Assembly (NCBI GenBank): GCA_963787835.1
Contig: CAWBEI010000002.1
Coordinates: 896,001 to 960,000, forward strand
Origin: Ignavibacteriota bacterium
Lineage (GTDB): Bacteria; Bacteroidota; Ignavibacteria; Palsa-1295
Reading direction: 5' to 3'
DNA length: 64,000 nucleotides
Positions 47,378 through 58,147 of this stretch are shown here, in pieces. The position numbers and the translations under genes were made by a program. Numbering within the stretch: position 1 is the stretch's first letter; each line of letters begins with the position of its first letter. The notes beneath the pieces were generated by a model that had not been told where the DNA came from, searched no databases, and was given only the letters and a program-made list of their open reading frames with translations.

Positions 47378-50300
47378 TTAGTGATTGACGATCTGGTAGT
47401 GGATCTTGAACGTACCAGTGCCAAACTGAGCGGCAGTGGTATAGACATCGAAGTGTCCTGTGTCGAATCCAGAGCCATTTGATGCGTCATTTCCTACGCT
47501 GACGAGTCCATTCGGTCCAGCCGTACTTGCTTCGACCGTAATAAGGATCGAGCTGTTAGAACGAACGAGCGTGTTATAGATCTGGATTTCCGTATTACCA
47601 GCGGCTTGGTCAGCAGCAGTAAGTACGTAGGTATCAGTCCATGCATCCTGAGGATTGCCAGCTTGTCCCGTGTTTCCGTTCGTACCGGAAACAACGTTAC
47701 CGCCAACGCCTGCTGCAGCATTACCAACTTCGAGAGCAACAGTTGCCGTCGAGCCAGTACCTTCAGCCATGATCCCGATTCCGGAAACAGAAGGACTGAT
47801 GTCGATGCCAGTGCCGCCTGTGATCCCTGTTACGGACTCACCGGTTGCAGCTCCGACACCTTCGATCGTCTCACCAGTACCCGCGCCGCCCATTCTCACG
47901 TCAACACCTGTACCGGCGGTCATCTCGACCAACGCACCCACAGAGGTTGCGCTATTCACGTTTTGAACTCGGAGGCCGCTATTACCAGCTCCTGTACCAT
48001 TGATCATGTTGACGTTCAAGCCTACAGCACTCGTTACCGGATTGCTGAAGTTGACATTCACGCCATTGGAATTGCTGAGCACGTTGTTCACGAGCACACC
48101 ATTACCAGTGTTCGAGCTTGCATCAACCTGAACTCCTGTGTTTGCACCGGAAGTCACGTTCACACCGACCGAACCATTACCCGAAGAGGTAATATTCGCA
48201 CCGATGTTTGAGAGTGTTCCAGAGCCATCTACGCTTGCGGTGATGCCTGTGATGTTCGTACCGCCGCCTGCTGCATTGAATGCACCTGCTACCGCTGTAT
48301 TACCAGCGTTCGTTGTGGCAGTTGCAGAGATAGCAGTTACATTGCCGCCGCCGTTGGCCTGCGCACGAAGTGCGGTGCCACCATTCGCTGTGTTATCGGC
48401 CGCTACCGCGTATGTGCCAGCAATGTCGCTAAAGCCCATGTTCGCTGCGTTGACAATGTTGGTTGGCAAAGCAAACGATGCGTTCGTGGTGCCAAGCACT
48501 CCGTAGTTATTGGCTGCGGCAGTAACGCCATCTAATCCATAAATGCCGGCTGCAAAGGCAGTCGTATTTGGAACATATCCAAACACGCCGATACCATACG
48601 AACCTGTACCTGAATTTATACCGCCAACAGCCTCACCCTCTTCCTGATTGGTTTCGCCATAGACGCCTGAGCCAATTGCATCATTGGAAGGAACTGTCAC
48701 GCCGTTAAGGCCCATAACACCTGCTGCAGGTGCACCAGCCGAATTCTGCAAGCCTACGATTGCAACGGAGCCTGCTGCGCCTGTGTAGGAGCCCGCGCCA
48801 TTAACTGATGCCTGAACGCCAAGCCCTGTACCAGAGAACGCAACATTCACGCCGGTTCCAGTTGCGCCGCCCGAGTAGTTAAAGCCGATTCCCGTACCAG
48901 TCGAACCGTCGTAGTTTACGCCGGTTGACGTACCCATCGCCGTAAGTTCAATGCCCTCACCCGTCGGAGCACCGGTGATATCAATACCACCGGTTACGCC
49001 GGCAACATTGATCTGTTCTCCAAACGATGTAGCAGGGATGGCGTTGACAGTCAAGACTGGTGTTCCACCCGTCGTCGTTGAACCGTCCATCGTCATCGAG
49101 CCACCTGGCGTGTATGGGTCAGCAGTATTGAAGTAGATCTGGGGAGCTGCAGCACTTGTCGTGAAGTTTGCCACACCTGCCGCAGTGATCCACCAATTCG
49201 ACGTTCCTGGATGACCGATCGCCGTGGTGAAATTACCCGTGGTGTTAATCGTAGTGTTGCCGAGAACAGTGTTTGAACCGTTGATGGCATTTGTACCGCC
49301 AGAGTTACCAATGGTGTTCGCAGCGCTAGTTCCTGTGCCGAACGAATTCGTAGCGTTAGCTCCTGCGCCAAACGTGTTGGTCAGACCGGCACCCGTACCG
49401 ATCGTCGAGGCACCCGAAGAGGTGATCGTTGTGAAGGCACCAGTACCTGGTGTTGCCAAACCGATATGGGTAAAGTTTGCCGAACCCGTTGGGCTGACAT
49501 TCCATGTGTTACCCGTACCGGTGACATCGTACGTCCCAGTACCAGTCGTAGCGATGGTCAATGCATTCTGTGTACCCGTTGCATTAATCTGCTCGCCGCC
49601 GGTAACAACCAGCGCATTGCTGTTGCCATTGTTGGCGACCGTAAGTGCCGTTCCTGCATTCGCAGCCTGACCCAAGAGAGATCCTTGCGCCAAACCAGTG
49701 TAGCTTCCAGAGGTATGCACGAGCGTTACGCCGGTGTTACCAAGCTGGATCTCATTGGCAGTGCTGACGCTCGCGCCAGCACCAAGTGCCGTTGAATTGG
49801 TCGCGCTGGCACCAGCCGCTTCGCCGAGGGCAGTAGAACCGCTGCCACTTGCCCCTGCGCCTTCACCCAAGGCAGTAGCATTGATGTTGCTGGCGGATGA
49901 TGTAGCACCGATCGCCGAAGATTGAACACCACTCGCATCCGCATTTTGGCCAACAGATACCGCAGAGTTTGCCGTGGCATAGGCATCAAAGCCGACCGCT
50001 ACGGCACTGCCGCCGGTCGAACTTGAAAACGCGCCAACCGCAACATTATCACTCGTAGAACCTCCCGCCGCATCGTATCCAAAGACAGCGTTGGAACCTC
50101 CCGTGGCAGTTGCCAATGCGCCAACAAGGATATTTAGCGAACCAGGGTTTGAAAGCACCGTCGTGCCGCCGATTTGGTAGAGACCGGTCGTAGCAGTGGA
50201 GTTGCTTACACCTCCCGTGTTAACGTTTGTCAGCGTGGTGATGAGGGCGCTAGCCGAGATCGAAGTTGGAGCGCCAGTGATATTGATACCAGTCGTTGTT

Positions 50301-53300
50301 GCATTGATCGCAATGCCGGTTCCGAATGGATCAATATTAAGACCGGTTCCGCCGCCGCCTGCGCCGCCAGTGATCTGAACGCCGTTGCTGCCAGCAGCAG
50401 CTCCACCGTTGATCTGCTCCGCATAGATGCCGTTAGCAGATGTGCCGTTGATCGTAACCGTCGGCACCGTCGTGTTCCCGTTGACATTGAATGTCATCGA
50501 GGTATTCGCAGTGTAAGACTGTGCATTGTTAAATGCAATGTTCGGAGCCGAAAGCAATGCTGCCCATACGTTACCGGCATCGACCGTGGCGGAGTAGATT
50601 GTACCCGTCACTTCTTCGTCGCCAGCGATGACCGCCTCGAAGTTGTTCAACGCGAACGGAGCAGCCGGTAGCGTACCTGCGCCCGCCCATGCCGTTACAA
50701 CGCCATTGATGTCGAGCCAGGTCTGATTGGTGCCTGCACCGATCGTGGTCAGAGCAGTACCCGTAGTGTTGATGTTGGTAATTCCAGTGACGGTCGAGGT
50801 GCCGTTGATGGCATTCGTGCCAGTCGAATTTCCAAAGGTATTAATTGCACCCGTACCCGCACCGAAGGTATTGGTCGTTCCAGCGCCCGTTGCAAGGGTT
50901 GTGTTGCCGGACGAAGCGAGCGTCGTGAACCAAGCCGCCGCAGGTACCGTGTTGCCAATGATCACATTGTTCATGTGCGTGGCAAGCCCTGCTCCAGGGA
51001 CGCCAGGAGCCCCGGGGGCTGCGTAGGATCCCAAAATGTCGTCAACAACATTGATCGGCGTGCCAGGCACGTACCCACCAAGATTGTGGAAGTAACCGTT
51101 CTGCGCCTCGATGGTCGTTGCACTGAATGCATTTGTTGTGAATGTTCCGGAGACGTTTACGTCGCCATTGACCACAACTTCATAGCCGCCAGATGGGACA
51201 GCGCCAACCAAGGTTGGAACACCGTCCACAACCAACTTCGTACCGTCCGTCGTAGAGCCACCGTCGATGACAACTTTACCGTTGAGATCATTGACTGCGA
51301 AGTTACCGGTTTCTGCGAGATTATCGTCGCCATAACCGATGGTGTTGGTCGTGTTTGCACCTACACCGATATTATTCGTGGTACCGGCTCCGCCGCCAAT
51401 GGTATTGGTTGCGCCAGTGCCATTGCCGAACGTATTCGTGAGGCCGTTACCCGTTGCAATATTAGAATTGCCCGATGAGCCGAGCGTTGTGAACGCACCG
51501 GTGCTCGGCGTTGTCGCGCCGACAGAGGTGTTATTGATCGTTCCGCCCGTGATCGTGAAGTTCGATCCGGAAACGTTATTGGCTCCGAACGACGCAGTGC
51601 CGTTAAAGGTCGAATTCCCATTGACGGTGTTCGTGCCGTTGATGGTGTTCGATCCACCAGAAGCGCCGATGGTGTTGACAGCGCCGATTCCCGTGCCGAT
51701 CGAGTTAACGTCGCCCGAGTTGTTACCAAATGTATTGACCGTGTTAGCGCCCGAACCGATATTCGAGTTACCGGTCGAGTTGAGAATTCCGTTATCCTGA
51801 ATTCCGTTGACTGTGAATAGTCCGGTCACCGTGAGCGTACCGCCGACCGTGGTGTTACCACTCAGAGTACTTGTACCGCCAACAGAAAGATTACCGCCCG
51901 CAGTAACGTTGCCCGTTGTTGCGGTGATGTTGCCGGTTGTGGAGGTGATGTTGCCAGTCGTGCTGATGGCACCAGTGTTCGTAATACCATTTGTGGTGAG
52001 CGAACCAACGACCGTTGTGTTGCCGGTCAGATTGGTTGTGCCGCCAACCGTGAGATTGCCGTTGTCAGTGATGTTACCAGCCGTGGAGAGCGCGCCGCCA
52101 TCAGTGATTGCGCCACCCGTCGAAAGCGTACCGCCATCGGTGATGTTGCCCGATGAAGTAAGCGTAGCAGTGGAAATACCGCCAGAGTTCGTGATGCTCG
52201 TCGTGGTGAGCGCACCAACCGTAGTAGCACCCAATGTGCTCGTGCCCGTAACCGTAAGATTACCGCCATCGGTAATGTTGCCAGTCGAGCTAAGCGTGCC
52301 AGTCGAGATAGCACCTGTGTTCGTGATACCGTTAAAGCTCTGGCCTACTGTCCACGTGTTCGCATTGTTGGTGTTGAGCGAAATGCTTCCGCTGCCGCCG
52401 AGCGATACCGGCCATCCACCAAGATTGATCGAACCATTGCTTGTAGCGCCGATCGTGGAGTTCTGCAGCTTTGCGTTCGTTACCGAACCGTTGGCAAGCT
52501 GTACCGATCCGATGCCGCCAGGAAGAATATAAAGATAATTTCCGTTGGCAACCCCAGTTACGCCGATCGTGCTGTTGTCAACATTGACATCGAGTAAGCC
52601 CGCCGCATCTTGCAGAAGGCCGATACCCGCGATACCGCTGATCTTCTGGCCGGTGACCGCGCCAGGAGGAATCATCTGACCGGTGATAGCACCAGGTCCG
52701 ATAGAAATGCTTACTGCACCAGTAGAAGCGTTCTCAACAAGTCCGCCGCCAGCCGTTAAGCTGCTGACGCCTCCGCTTGCGCCACCGATCGTGACCGTAT
52801 TACCAACGGTGGTAACCGTGATCGGCGCAGTTCCTTGAATGACAAAGTTGCCATTGGCATCCGGACCCTGACCATTGATGGTATTGATGGTCCCGGTTGC
52901 GAGAAGATTGTTCGGAATTCCCTTTGGAAGGAATCCGGGGTCGAGCTTGGCAGTCCCTTCGTATCCTTCGCCGATCGGCACCGGGAAGAGATCCCCAGCA
53001 ACAGGCACAGGCGAAGCCTGAATGCCGTTAACTGCTCCGGCGTTGACCGCATAGGGTGCGGACCAAAGCTCGGTCGGAGCGAGGGTGGTCAGACCGCCTG
53101 GAGTGGAAACCACAACCTGCATGAGGTATTGTGAGTTGAACGTCACGCCAGCAGGGAACGGAGCCGTAGCGCCGCCAATGACCACATTAAAGATACCACC
53201 GGCAACGGTCACAGACGGAATCGTTTCCGTATAGATCGGAGACGATGTGCTTTGGTCGATGAGGGTTATCGTGAGGGTAACAGTGCCATCGGGAAGTGGC

Positions 53301-53428
53301 AGACCATTCTCCTCTAAAAGTCCCTGATACGTGAACCCACCGGGCACATCTGCCTGAGCGGATGGAGTGCCAAAAAAGAGTGCGGCACCAAGAGCAAGAC
53401 CCATTAACCACGAACGACGTGATTTCAT
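47378..53428 (-). CDS. Giant Gly/Thr/Asn-rich secreted beta-repeat protein with YadA-head-like repeats
   Basis: Signal peptide, FTYQG N-terminal domain, ~14-residue S-x-A-x-G repeats, open for 2016 codons. Confidence 0.85.
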   Translation of the reverse strand: MKSRRSWLMGLALGAALFFGTPSAQADVPGGFTYQGLLEENGLPLPDGTVTLTITLIDQSTSSPIYTETIPSVTVAGGIFNVVIGGATAPFPAGVTFNSQYLMQVVVSTPGGLTTLAPTELWSAPYAVNAGAVNGIQASPVPVAGDLFPVPIGEGYEGTAKLDPGFLPKGIPNNLLATGTINTINGQGPDANGNFVIQGTAPITVTTVGNTVTIGGASGGVSSLTAGGGLVENASTGAVSISIGPGAITGQMIPPGAVTGQKISGIAGIGLLQDAAGLLDVNVDNSTIGVTGVANGNYLYILPGGIGSVQLANGSVTNAKLQNSTIGATSNGSINLGGWPVSLGGSGSISLNTNNANTWTVGQSFNGITNTGAISTGTLSSTGNITDGGNLTVTGTSTLGATTVGALTTTSITNSGGISTATLTSSGNITDGGTLSTGGAITDGGALSTAGNITDNGNLTVGGTTNLTGNTTVVGSLTTNGITNTGAISTTGNITSTTGNITATTGNVTAGGNLSVGGTSTLSGNTTVGGTLTVTGLFTVNGIQDNGILNSTGNSNIGSGANTVNTFGNNSGDVNSIGTGIGAVNTIGASGGSNTINGTNTVNGNSTFNGTASFGANNVSGSNFTITGGTINNTSVGATTPSTGAFTTLGSSGNSNIATGNGLTNTFGNGTGATNTIGGGAGTTNNIGVGANTTNTIGYGDDNLAETGNFAVNDLNGKVVIDGGSTTDGTKLVVDGVPTLVGAVPSGGYEVVVNGDVNVSGTFTTNAFSATTIEAQNGYFHNLGGYVPGTPINVVDDILGSYAAPGAPGVPGAGLATHMNNVIIGNTVPAAAWFTTLASSGNTTLATGAGTTNTFGAGTGAINTFGNSTGTNAINGTSTVTGITNINTTGTALTTIGAGTNQTWLDINGVVTAWAGAGTLPAAPFALNNFEAVIAGDEEVTGTIYSATVDAGNVWAALLSAPNIAFNNAQSYTANTSMTFNVNGNTTVPTVTINGTSANGIYAEQINGGAAAGSNGVQITGGAGGGGTGLNIDPFGTGIAINATTTGINITGAPTSISASALITTLTNVNTGGVSNSTATTGLYQIGGTTVLSNPGSLNILVGALATATGGSNAVFGYDAAGGSTSDNVAVGAFSSSTGGSAVAVGFDAYATANSAVSVGQNADASGVQSSAIGATSSASNINATALGEGAGASGSGSTALGEAAGASATNSTALGAGASVSTANEIQLGNTGVTLVHTSGSYTGLAQGSLLGQAANAGTALTVANNGNSNALVVTGGEQINATGTQNALTIATTGTGTYDVTGTGNTWNVSPTGSANFTHIGLATPGTGAFTTITSSGASTIGTGAGLTNTFGAGANATNSFGTGTSAANTIGNSGGTNAINGSNTVLGNTTINTTGNFTTAIGHPGTSNWWITAAGVANFTTSAAAPQIYFNTADPYTPGGSMTMDGSTTTGGTPVLTVNAIPATSFGEQINVAGVTGGIDITGAPTGEGIELTAMGTSTGVNYDGSTGTGIGFNYSGGATGTGVNVAFSGTGLGVQASVNGAGSYTGAAGSVAIVGLQNSAGAPAAGVMGLNGVTVPSNDAIGSGVYGETNQEEGEAVGGINSGTGSYGIGVFGYVPNTTAFAAGIYGLDGVTAAANNYGVLGTTNASFALPTNIVNAANMGFSDIAGTYAVAADNTANGGTALRAQANGGGNVTAISATATTNAGNTAVAGAFNAAGGGTNITGITASVDGSGTLSNIGANITSSGNGSVGVNVTSGANTGVQVDASSNTGNGVLVNNVLSNSNGVNVNFSNPVTSAVGLNVNMINGTGAGNSGLRVQNVNSATSVGALVEMTAGTGVDVRMGGAGTGETIEGVGAATGESVTGITGGTGIDISPSVSGIGIMAEGTGSTATVALEVGNAAAGVGGNVVSGTNGNTGQAGNPQDAWTDTYVLTAADQAAGNTEIQIYNTLVRSNSSILITVEASTAGPNGLVSVGNDASNGSGFDTGHFDVYTTAAQFGTGTFKIHYQIVNH

Positions 53429-53929
53429 ACTATCTCCTTGAGATTAAAAAAAAAGTTGTAACGCTAGCAATAAGTTAAAAAAACAATTTGCCATCTGCAC
53501 CGTGTGACATCACTTTAAGGTGATGATGTAACGGCACAGACTTCAACGCATTTCGGGAAATGTGCCGAAGCTGGCAAGAAAAAAAATTTTCAATAAAACC
53601 CGTTTTGGCCTGTCACGAAGGCCGGACGGTGCCGGGAGCATCCCCAAAGGATTGCCATCCTGACTCGGTGGAAACCACTCCAGAATCGTCGAAATCTGGC
53701 CTAAAACGCCATTTTTCACACGTGGACGACCCTCTTAAAGAGGCATCGCCGACCTGTCTGTGCAATTCCATTGGTACGAATATATGGAAAAAAAATGGCT
53801 CATGCAAGAAATCCGATTTTTTTAGCCACAAAAATTGTAGCAGCCCGTTGGCTCGAACAATCTCCTGAAGCGCCTATTATTTCCGAAGTCACGATAACTA
53901 TATCCCAGAACCTACCATTCCCTGAATGG

Positions 53930-54175
53930 CTATATAAACGCGAATGCGACAGAGCATCCGAACAGCACCAAAGTTATTACCCGGAACGCAAGCTGCCATT
54001 TGGCAATGGAGGCAGACTCGAATTCGGCCAATTGGCCAGCCAGGTAAACGCTTTCAAAAAAAGCTAAACTCCCGATACCAAGGAATAGTGCGATAAGCGC
54101 TATCCGAGGAATTAAGGCATTAATAGCAAGCCCAAATACATATAGAATCACCAATAGATTCCACTTAAATTGCAA
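53930..54175 (-). CDS. Small membrane protein, hypothetical
   Basis: 81 aa with three hydrophobic segments; TTG start. Confidence 0.45.
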   Translation of the reverse strand: MQFKWNLLVILYVFGLAINALIPRIALIALFLGIGSLAFFESVYLAGQLAEFESASIAKWQLAFRVITLVLFGCSVAFAFI

Positions 54176-54204
54176 TAAAAACCCATTTTTTCATACACTA
54201 TCCA

Positions 54205-55041
54205 TTATTCCCCTGATATTTCCAGCGGCTGGCCAGTAGGTATCCCATCCACGAACAGCCTAACGAAGAACACCCCGGAACTCGCAAGAGTCAGGCTGAC
54301 CTCCTGGTTTCCTGGGTTAAGTTCACCAAGCGAGAGCCGCTTCACTTCCTGCCCCAGCGCATCCGTGATGGATAGTACGCCTGTGCCTGCCACCGGAGCG
54401 TTCACCCGTACTCGGGTTCCAGAAGCATGGGAGAATGGGTTCGGATAATTCATCAGCATCGGCTGTTGGTTGCTTGCGCTTTGGCCGACCGATTCCGTTA
54501 CCGAGCCCTTTTGAACCAATACGATGGCATCGAGGAAGCACGAATCCGCCCCATGCTGACCGGCATTAGGATTGGAGCCTACCGAAATAACTAACGCATT
54601 ATACCCTACGTATCCCGTATCGGGAACATGGATAGTTGTCATGTTCTCCACGAATTCCGGCCCCGATTCAATGATGTGAACCGTAGGGCCCAATACCGGA
54701 GTACCGGAAAAGTTATAATATTGGAATTGAATGTCCATCGCACAGCTATCGCTCGACTCGCGGCTCCAATAGACTTGCATGGTCGCCCCGGTATCAAGGG
54801 TCACCACTTGATTGCCATACGCAAATTGGACTGCAACGTAATCCGATCCACCCATGCGAGCTTGCGATGTATCCGGCAGCCCTTTAACAGAATCCAAATT
54901 ACTTGCAGGAACGACGGAAAACACGGAGTCGATTGGAATGGAATTGTACGTCAGAGTATCATACGTCGCGGTTTGCGCCGCAGCGCGCGTTCCGAATGCG
55001 AGAAGAAGAAGAAGTCCGAAAAGCAGAGCACGGAGTTTCAT
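54205..55041 (-). CDS. Secreted protein with T9SS-like C-terminal domain
   Basis: Signal peptide MKLRALLFG; NYPNPF...DALG...SGVFFVRL. Confidence 0.75.
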   Translation of the reverse strand: MKLRALLFGLLLLLAFGTRAAAQTATYDTLTYNSIPIDSVFSVVPASNLDSVKGLPDTSQARMGGSDYVAVQFAYGNQVVTLDTGATMQVYWSRESSDSCAMDIQFQYYNFSGTPVLGPTVHIIESGPEFVENMTTIHVPDTGYVGYNALVISVGSNPNAGQHGADSCFLDAIVLVQKGSVTESVGQSASNQQPMLMNYPNPFSHASGTRVRVNAPVAGTGVLSITDALGQEVKRLSLGELNPGNQEVSLTLASSGVFFVRLFVDGIPTGQPLEISGE

Positions 55042-55147
55042 GGTCTTGAATACATTTATTTGGTGAAGGACCCGATCATCCATTACAAAGTTACGACAAA
55101 GAGGCAAACGCGAGCGCAACTCACTCCGTTGCAGTGGACTGTAGTAC

Positions 55148-55657
55148 CTATGCATTTGTCTTCATCATGCGCGGGAAGATCTCCCGAAGCCGTGTACATT
55201 GTTCGGCCATCTCTTCGCTTACGATCTTCACATCGGCAAGGATAGGCATGAAGTTCGTGTCGCCATTCCAGCGAGGAACGATATGCCAGTGCAGATGCGC
55301 GTCGATGCCGGCACCGGCGGCGCGGCCAAGGTTCATTCCAATGTTAAATCCCTGCGGATGAAATAGTTCACGCAGTGCGCGCTCGCAGGCCATCAGCAGA
55401 TCGAGCGTTTCTATACGTTCGCTTCGAGTTAAGGATTGAAGATCGGCCGTGTGCCGTGACGGGATCACCATCAGGTGGCCGCTGTTATATGGGAACCGGT
55501 TCATCACCACGTACGCCTCGTTGCCGCGATAGACCACAAGGCTGGCTTCATCGTCCGGCAGATTCCAGGCATCGCAGAACACGCAGCGATCCTCAATCGC
55601 TTTATTCGCGAAAGAAGAAATGTACTGACTGCGCCAGGGCGAAAATAATTTTTCCAT
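55148..55657 (-). CDS. HIT family hydrolase
   Basis: NRFPYNSGH, GRAAGAGI, HLHWHIVPRW. Confidence 0.92.
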   Translation of the reverse strand: MEKLFSPWRSQYISSFANKAIEDRCVFCDAWNLPDDEASLVVYRGNEAYVVMNRFPYNSGHLMVIPSRHTADLQSLTRSERIETLDLLMACERALRELFHPQGFNIGMNLGRAAGAGIDAHLHWHIVPRWNGDTNFMPILADVKIVSEEMAEQCTRLREIFPRMMKTNA

Positions 55658-56646
55658 TAGCCTTCCCCGGCGGGTGCAAGTGGTTTTTCGCGGCGTTTAC
55701 GTAAAATTCGTTCCATCACCTCCGGCCCGAGCAAACCCTGCGGACGTGTGATCATCAAGATCACGAGCAACAGCGAATAAATGATCATGCGATAGCTCGG
55801 CACCGAGCGCAGAAGCTCCGAGAGCGTCGTCAGCACGATCGCTGCAAGGATAACGCCGATCGTCGAACCCATGCCACCTAAAATCACGATCACAACAATA
55901 TCGATCGAAGTGAGAAAGGTAAAATCGAGCGGGGTAATATTATAATTCGAGTGCGCGAAAAGTCCACCGCCCATTCCGGCGAAGAACGCGCCGATCACAA
56001 AGGCACGCACTTTAAACTTGGTCGTATCCACACCCATCGCTTCGGCGGCTACTTCATCATCGCGCACGGCGAGAAATCCGTGTCCGTAGGTGGAGTTCAC
56101 CAAATTCTCCACGCAAAAGATCGTGATGGCCGCAATAATGAACACCCATGTGAACGTCGTGAGTGGGAGCACGCTGAATCCGCGCGCGCCGCCAATGTAA
56201 TCCACACCATCGATCTTGAAATCGACGTTCTGAATAATGACTCGAATGATCTCATTGAACCCCAGCGTGACAATGGCAAGATAATCGCCGCGCAGACGCA
56301 AACTGGGAATTCCCACGCCGAGCCCCGTTACCGCCGCCAGCGCACCACCGGCCACCAGCGCAATGAGAAATCCAAAAATTCCCATCAAGCCATCCATTGC
56401 GTAACCGTGCGTGCTGAGATAGGTTGTTATCACAGCGGACGTGTATGCTCCCACCGCCATGAACCCTGCATGGCCCAGTGAGAACTGCCCCGTAAACCCA
56501 TTGATGAGGTTCAGGCTCACCGCCAGCGAGATCATGATGCCGATATAGATAATGCGGCCAACAATATAATCGTTGATGAACGGCGTGACGAAGGATACGC
56601 CGATAATCACAGCGATCGCAAGGAAAAGCCAGCGGTAGGATTTCAT
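55657..56646 (-). CDS. livM: Branched-chain amino acid ABC permease
   Basis: GQFSLGHAGF, RLRGDYLAIVTLGF. Confidence 0.92.
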   Translation of the reverse strand: MKSYRWLFLAIAVIIGVSFVTPFINDYIVGRIIYIGIMISLAVSLNLINGFTGQFSLGHAGFMAVGAYTSAVITTYLSTHGYAMDGLMGIFGFLIALVAGGALAAVTGLGVGIPSLRLRGDYLAIVTLGFNEIIRVIIQNVDFKIDGVDYIGGARGFSVLPLTTFTWVFIIAAITIFCVENLVNSTYGHGFLAVRDDEVAAEAMGVDTTKFKVRAFVIGAFFAGMGGGLFAHSNYNITPLDFTFLTSIDIVVIVILGGMGSTIGVILAAIVLTTLSELLRSVPSYRMIIYSLLLVILMITRPQGLLGPEVMERILRKRREKPLAPAGEG

Positions 56647-57551
56647 CAGACTTTCTCCACCTCCCGCTTCCCTAACAACCCGCTTGGCTTGAAGACGAGG
56701 ATCAATATCAATATTGCAAACGCGATGGCATCTCGATAGGTAGAAGCTGCTGTGCCGGAGACGAACGTCTCCACCAGTCCGATGATCATTCCGCCGAGCG
56801 CAGCGCCGGGGATGTTGCCGATGCCGCCAAGCACGGCGGCGACGAAGGCTTTGAGTCCTGGCAGGATTCCCATGAGCGGTTCGATGCTGGGATATTCTGT
56901 ACCATATAATACCCCGCCCGCGCCGGCAAGCGCGCTGCCGATGATGAAGGTGAAGGTGATCACTCGGGAGATGTTAATTCCCATCAAGCTTGCGGCTTGC
57001 TGGTTGTAGCTTACGGCGCGCATGGCCGTGCCGATCTTCGTTTTCATGACGATCACGCGCAAAAGAAGCATCAACACGAAGGAAACACCGATCACCACCA
57101 CTTCCACGGTGCCGATGGTAAGGTATTTCGTATGCACGATAGGATTATTCGGAATGATCGCTGGGAACCCGCGAGGATTTGCAGTAAACACAAGCTGTCC
57201 GGTGTATTCCAAAAAAAGCGAGACGCCGATCGCTGTAATCAGCACGGTCAGCTTTGGACGCTTACGCAAGGGGCGGTAGGCAAGGAACTCTATCGTAGCG
57301 CCAAGCGCGGCGCAGACGGTCATCGAGATGAGGAACACAAGGATCGTTGATTCGACACTTCCGACGGGAAAGAAATGGTTCACCCAGCTCGTTGCCGCAA
57401 AATACCCGACATACGACCCGATCATGAACACATCGCCATGCGCGAAATTGATGAATCGCAGCACGCCGTAAATCATCGTATAGCCGAGGGCGATCAGCGC
57501 GTAGATCGCGCCGAGGGAGATACCGTTTATTAATTGCTGGAGGAATTCCAA
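56646..57551 (-). CDS. livH: Branched-chain amino acid ABC permease
   Basis: QQLING-x-x-LG-x-IYALIALGY, NFAHG; TTG start at LEFLQQ. Confidence 0.92.
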   Translation of the reverse strand: MEFLQQLINGISLGAIYALIALGYTMIYGVLRFINFAHGDVFMIGSYVGYFAATSWVNHFFPVGSVESTILVFLISMTVCAALGATIEFLAYRPLRKRPKLTVLITAIGVSLFLEYTGQLVFTANPRGFPAIIPNNPIVHTKYLTIGTVEVVVIGVSFVLMLLLRVIVMKTKIGTAMRAVSYNQQAASLMGINISRVITFTFIIGSALAGAGGVLYGTEYPSIEPLMGILPGLKAFVAAVLGGIGNIPGAALGGMIIGLVETFVSGTAASTYRDAIAFAILILILVFKPSGLLGKREVEKV

Positions 57552-57559
57552 AGGAGTAG

Positions 57560-58140
57560 AACCGGGATTACGCGGATGGAAGGGGATTACGCGGACGATT
57601 AAGAGGATTATGTAGCTTGGGAATGTTTGGTTCAAGCATCGGAGCTTTGGAATTGATCATTCGCTTAAATTCTAAACTCGTTGATCCAAAATTAATTAGA
57701 AGTCCTACCCGAAGTTTGTACGCTTCCAGATAGTTCTTCGCTTGTGCGAGATGAATGTCTTCCAAGGCAACCACTGCTTTTAGCTCAACGGAAACGCGCT
57801 GTTCGACAAGAAAGTCCACTCGACGAGATCCTACTATCTGTCCTTCATACCGAATCGGCATTTCGTATTCCCGCAAAAAGTTAAGACCTTCTTTGGATAA
57901 TTCAATGCCCAATGAGTTCTGATAAACAACCTCCTGAAATCCACAGCCGAGATTGCTATGCACTCGCATGGAACATCCGATGATCCGCTTCGTCAATTCT
58001 CCATCTTCAAATTGAGAATCACTTCGCCGCTCGCTTGAAAGGTTACTATCCCTCATTGGTAACTTTAAATACGAACATTAAATAAAAATCAAATCCAAAA
58101 ATCGTCCGCGTAATCCCATTTAATCCGCGTAATCCTGGTT
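57560..58140. mobile_element. Inverted-repeat-bounded GxxExxY cassette
   Basis: ~40-bp terminal inverted repeats at 57560-57600 and 58100-58140. Confidence 0.7.
57568..58056 (-). CDS. GxxExxY family protein (PD-(D/E)XK fold)
   Basis: LGCGFQEVVY, RVDFLVE...VELKA, GLLINFG. Confidence 0.92.
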   Translation of the reverse strand: MRDSNLSSERRSDSQFEDGELTKRIIGCSMRVHSNLGCGFQEVVYQNSLGIELSKEGLNFLREYEMPIRYEGQIVGSRRVDFLVEQRVSVELKAVVALEDIHLAQAKNYLEAYKLRVGLLINFGSTSLEFKRMINSKAPMLEPNIPKLHNPLNRPRNPLPSA

Positions 58141-58147
58141 CAAACCC

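Noticed and set aside
47494-53411. Many antisense and alternative-frame ORFs over the giant gene
   Set aside because: Expected from low-complexity Gly/Thr/Asn codons
57552-57635. N-terminal extension of LivH in the ORF track
   Set aside because: Translates the inverted repeat and overlaps GxxExxY; TTG at 57551 fits the family start
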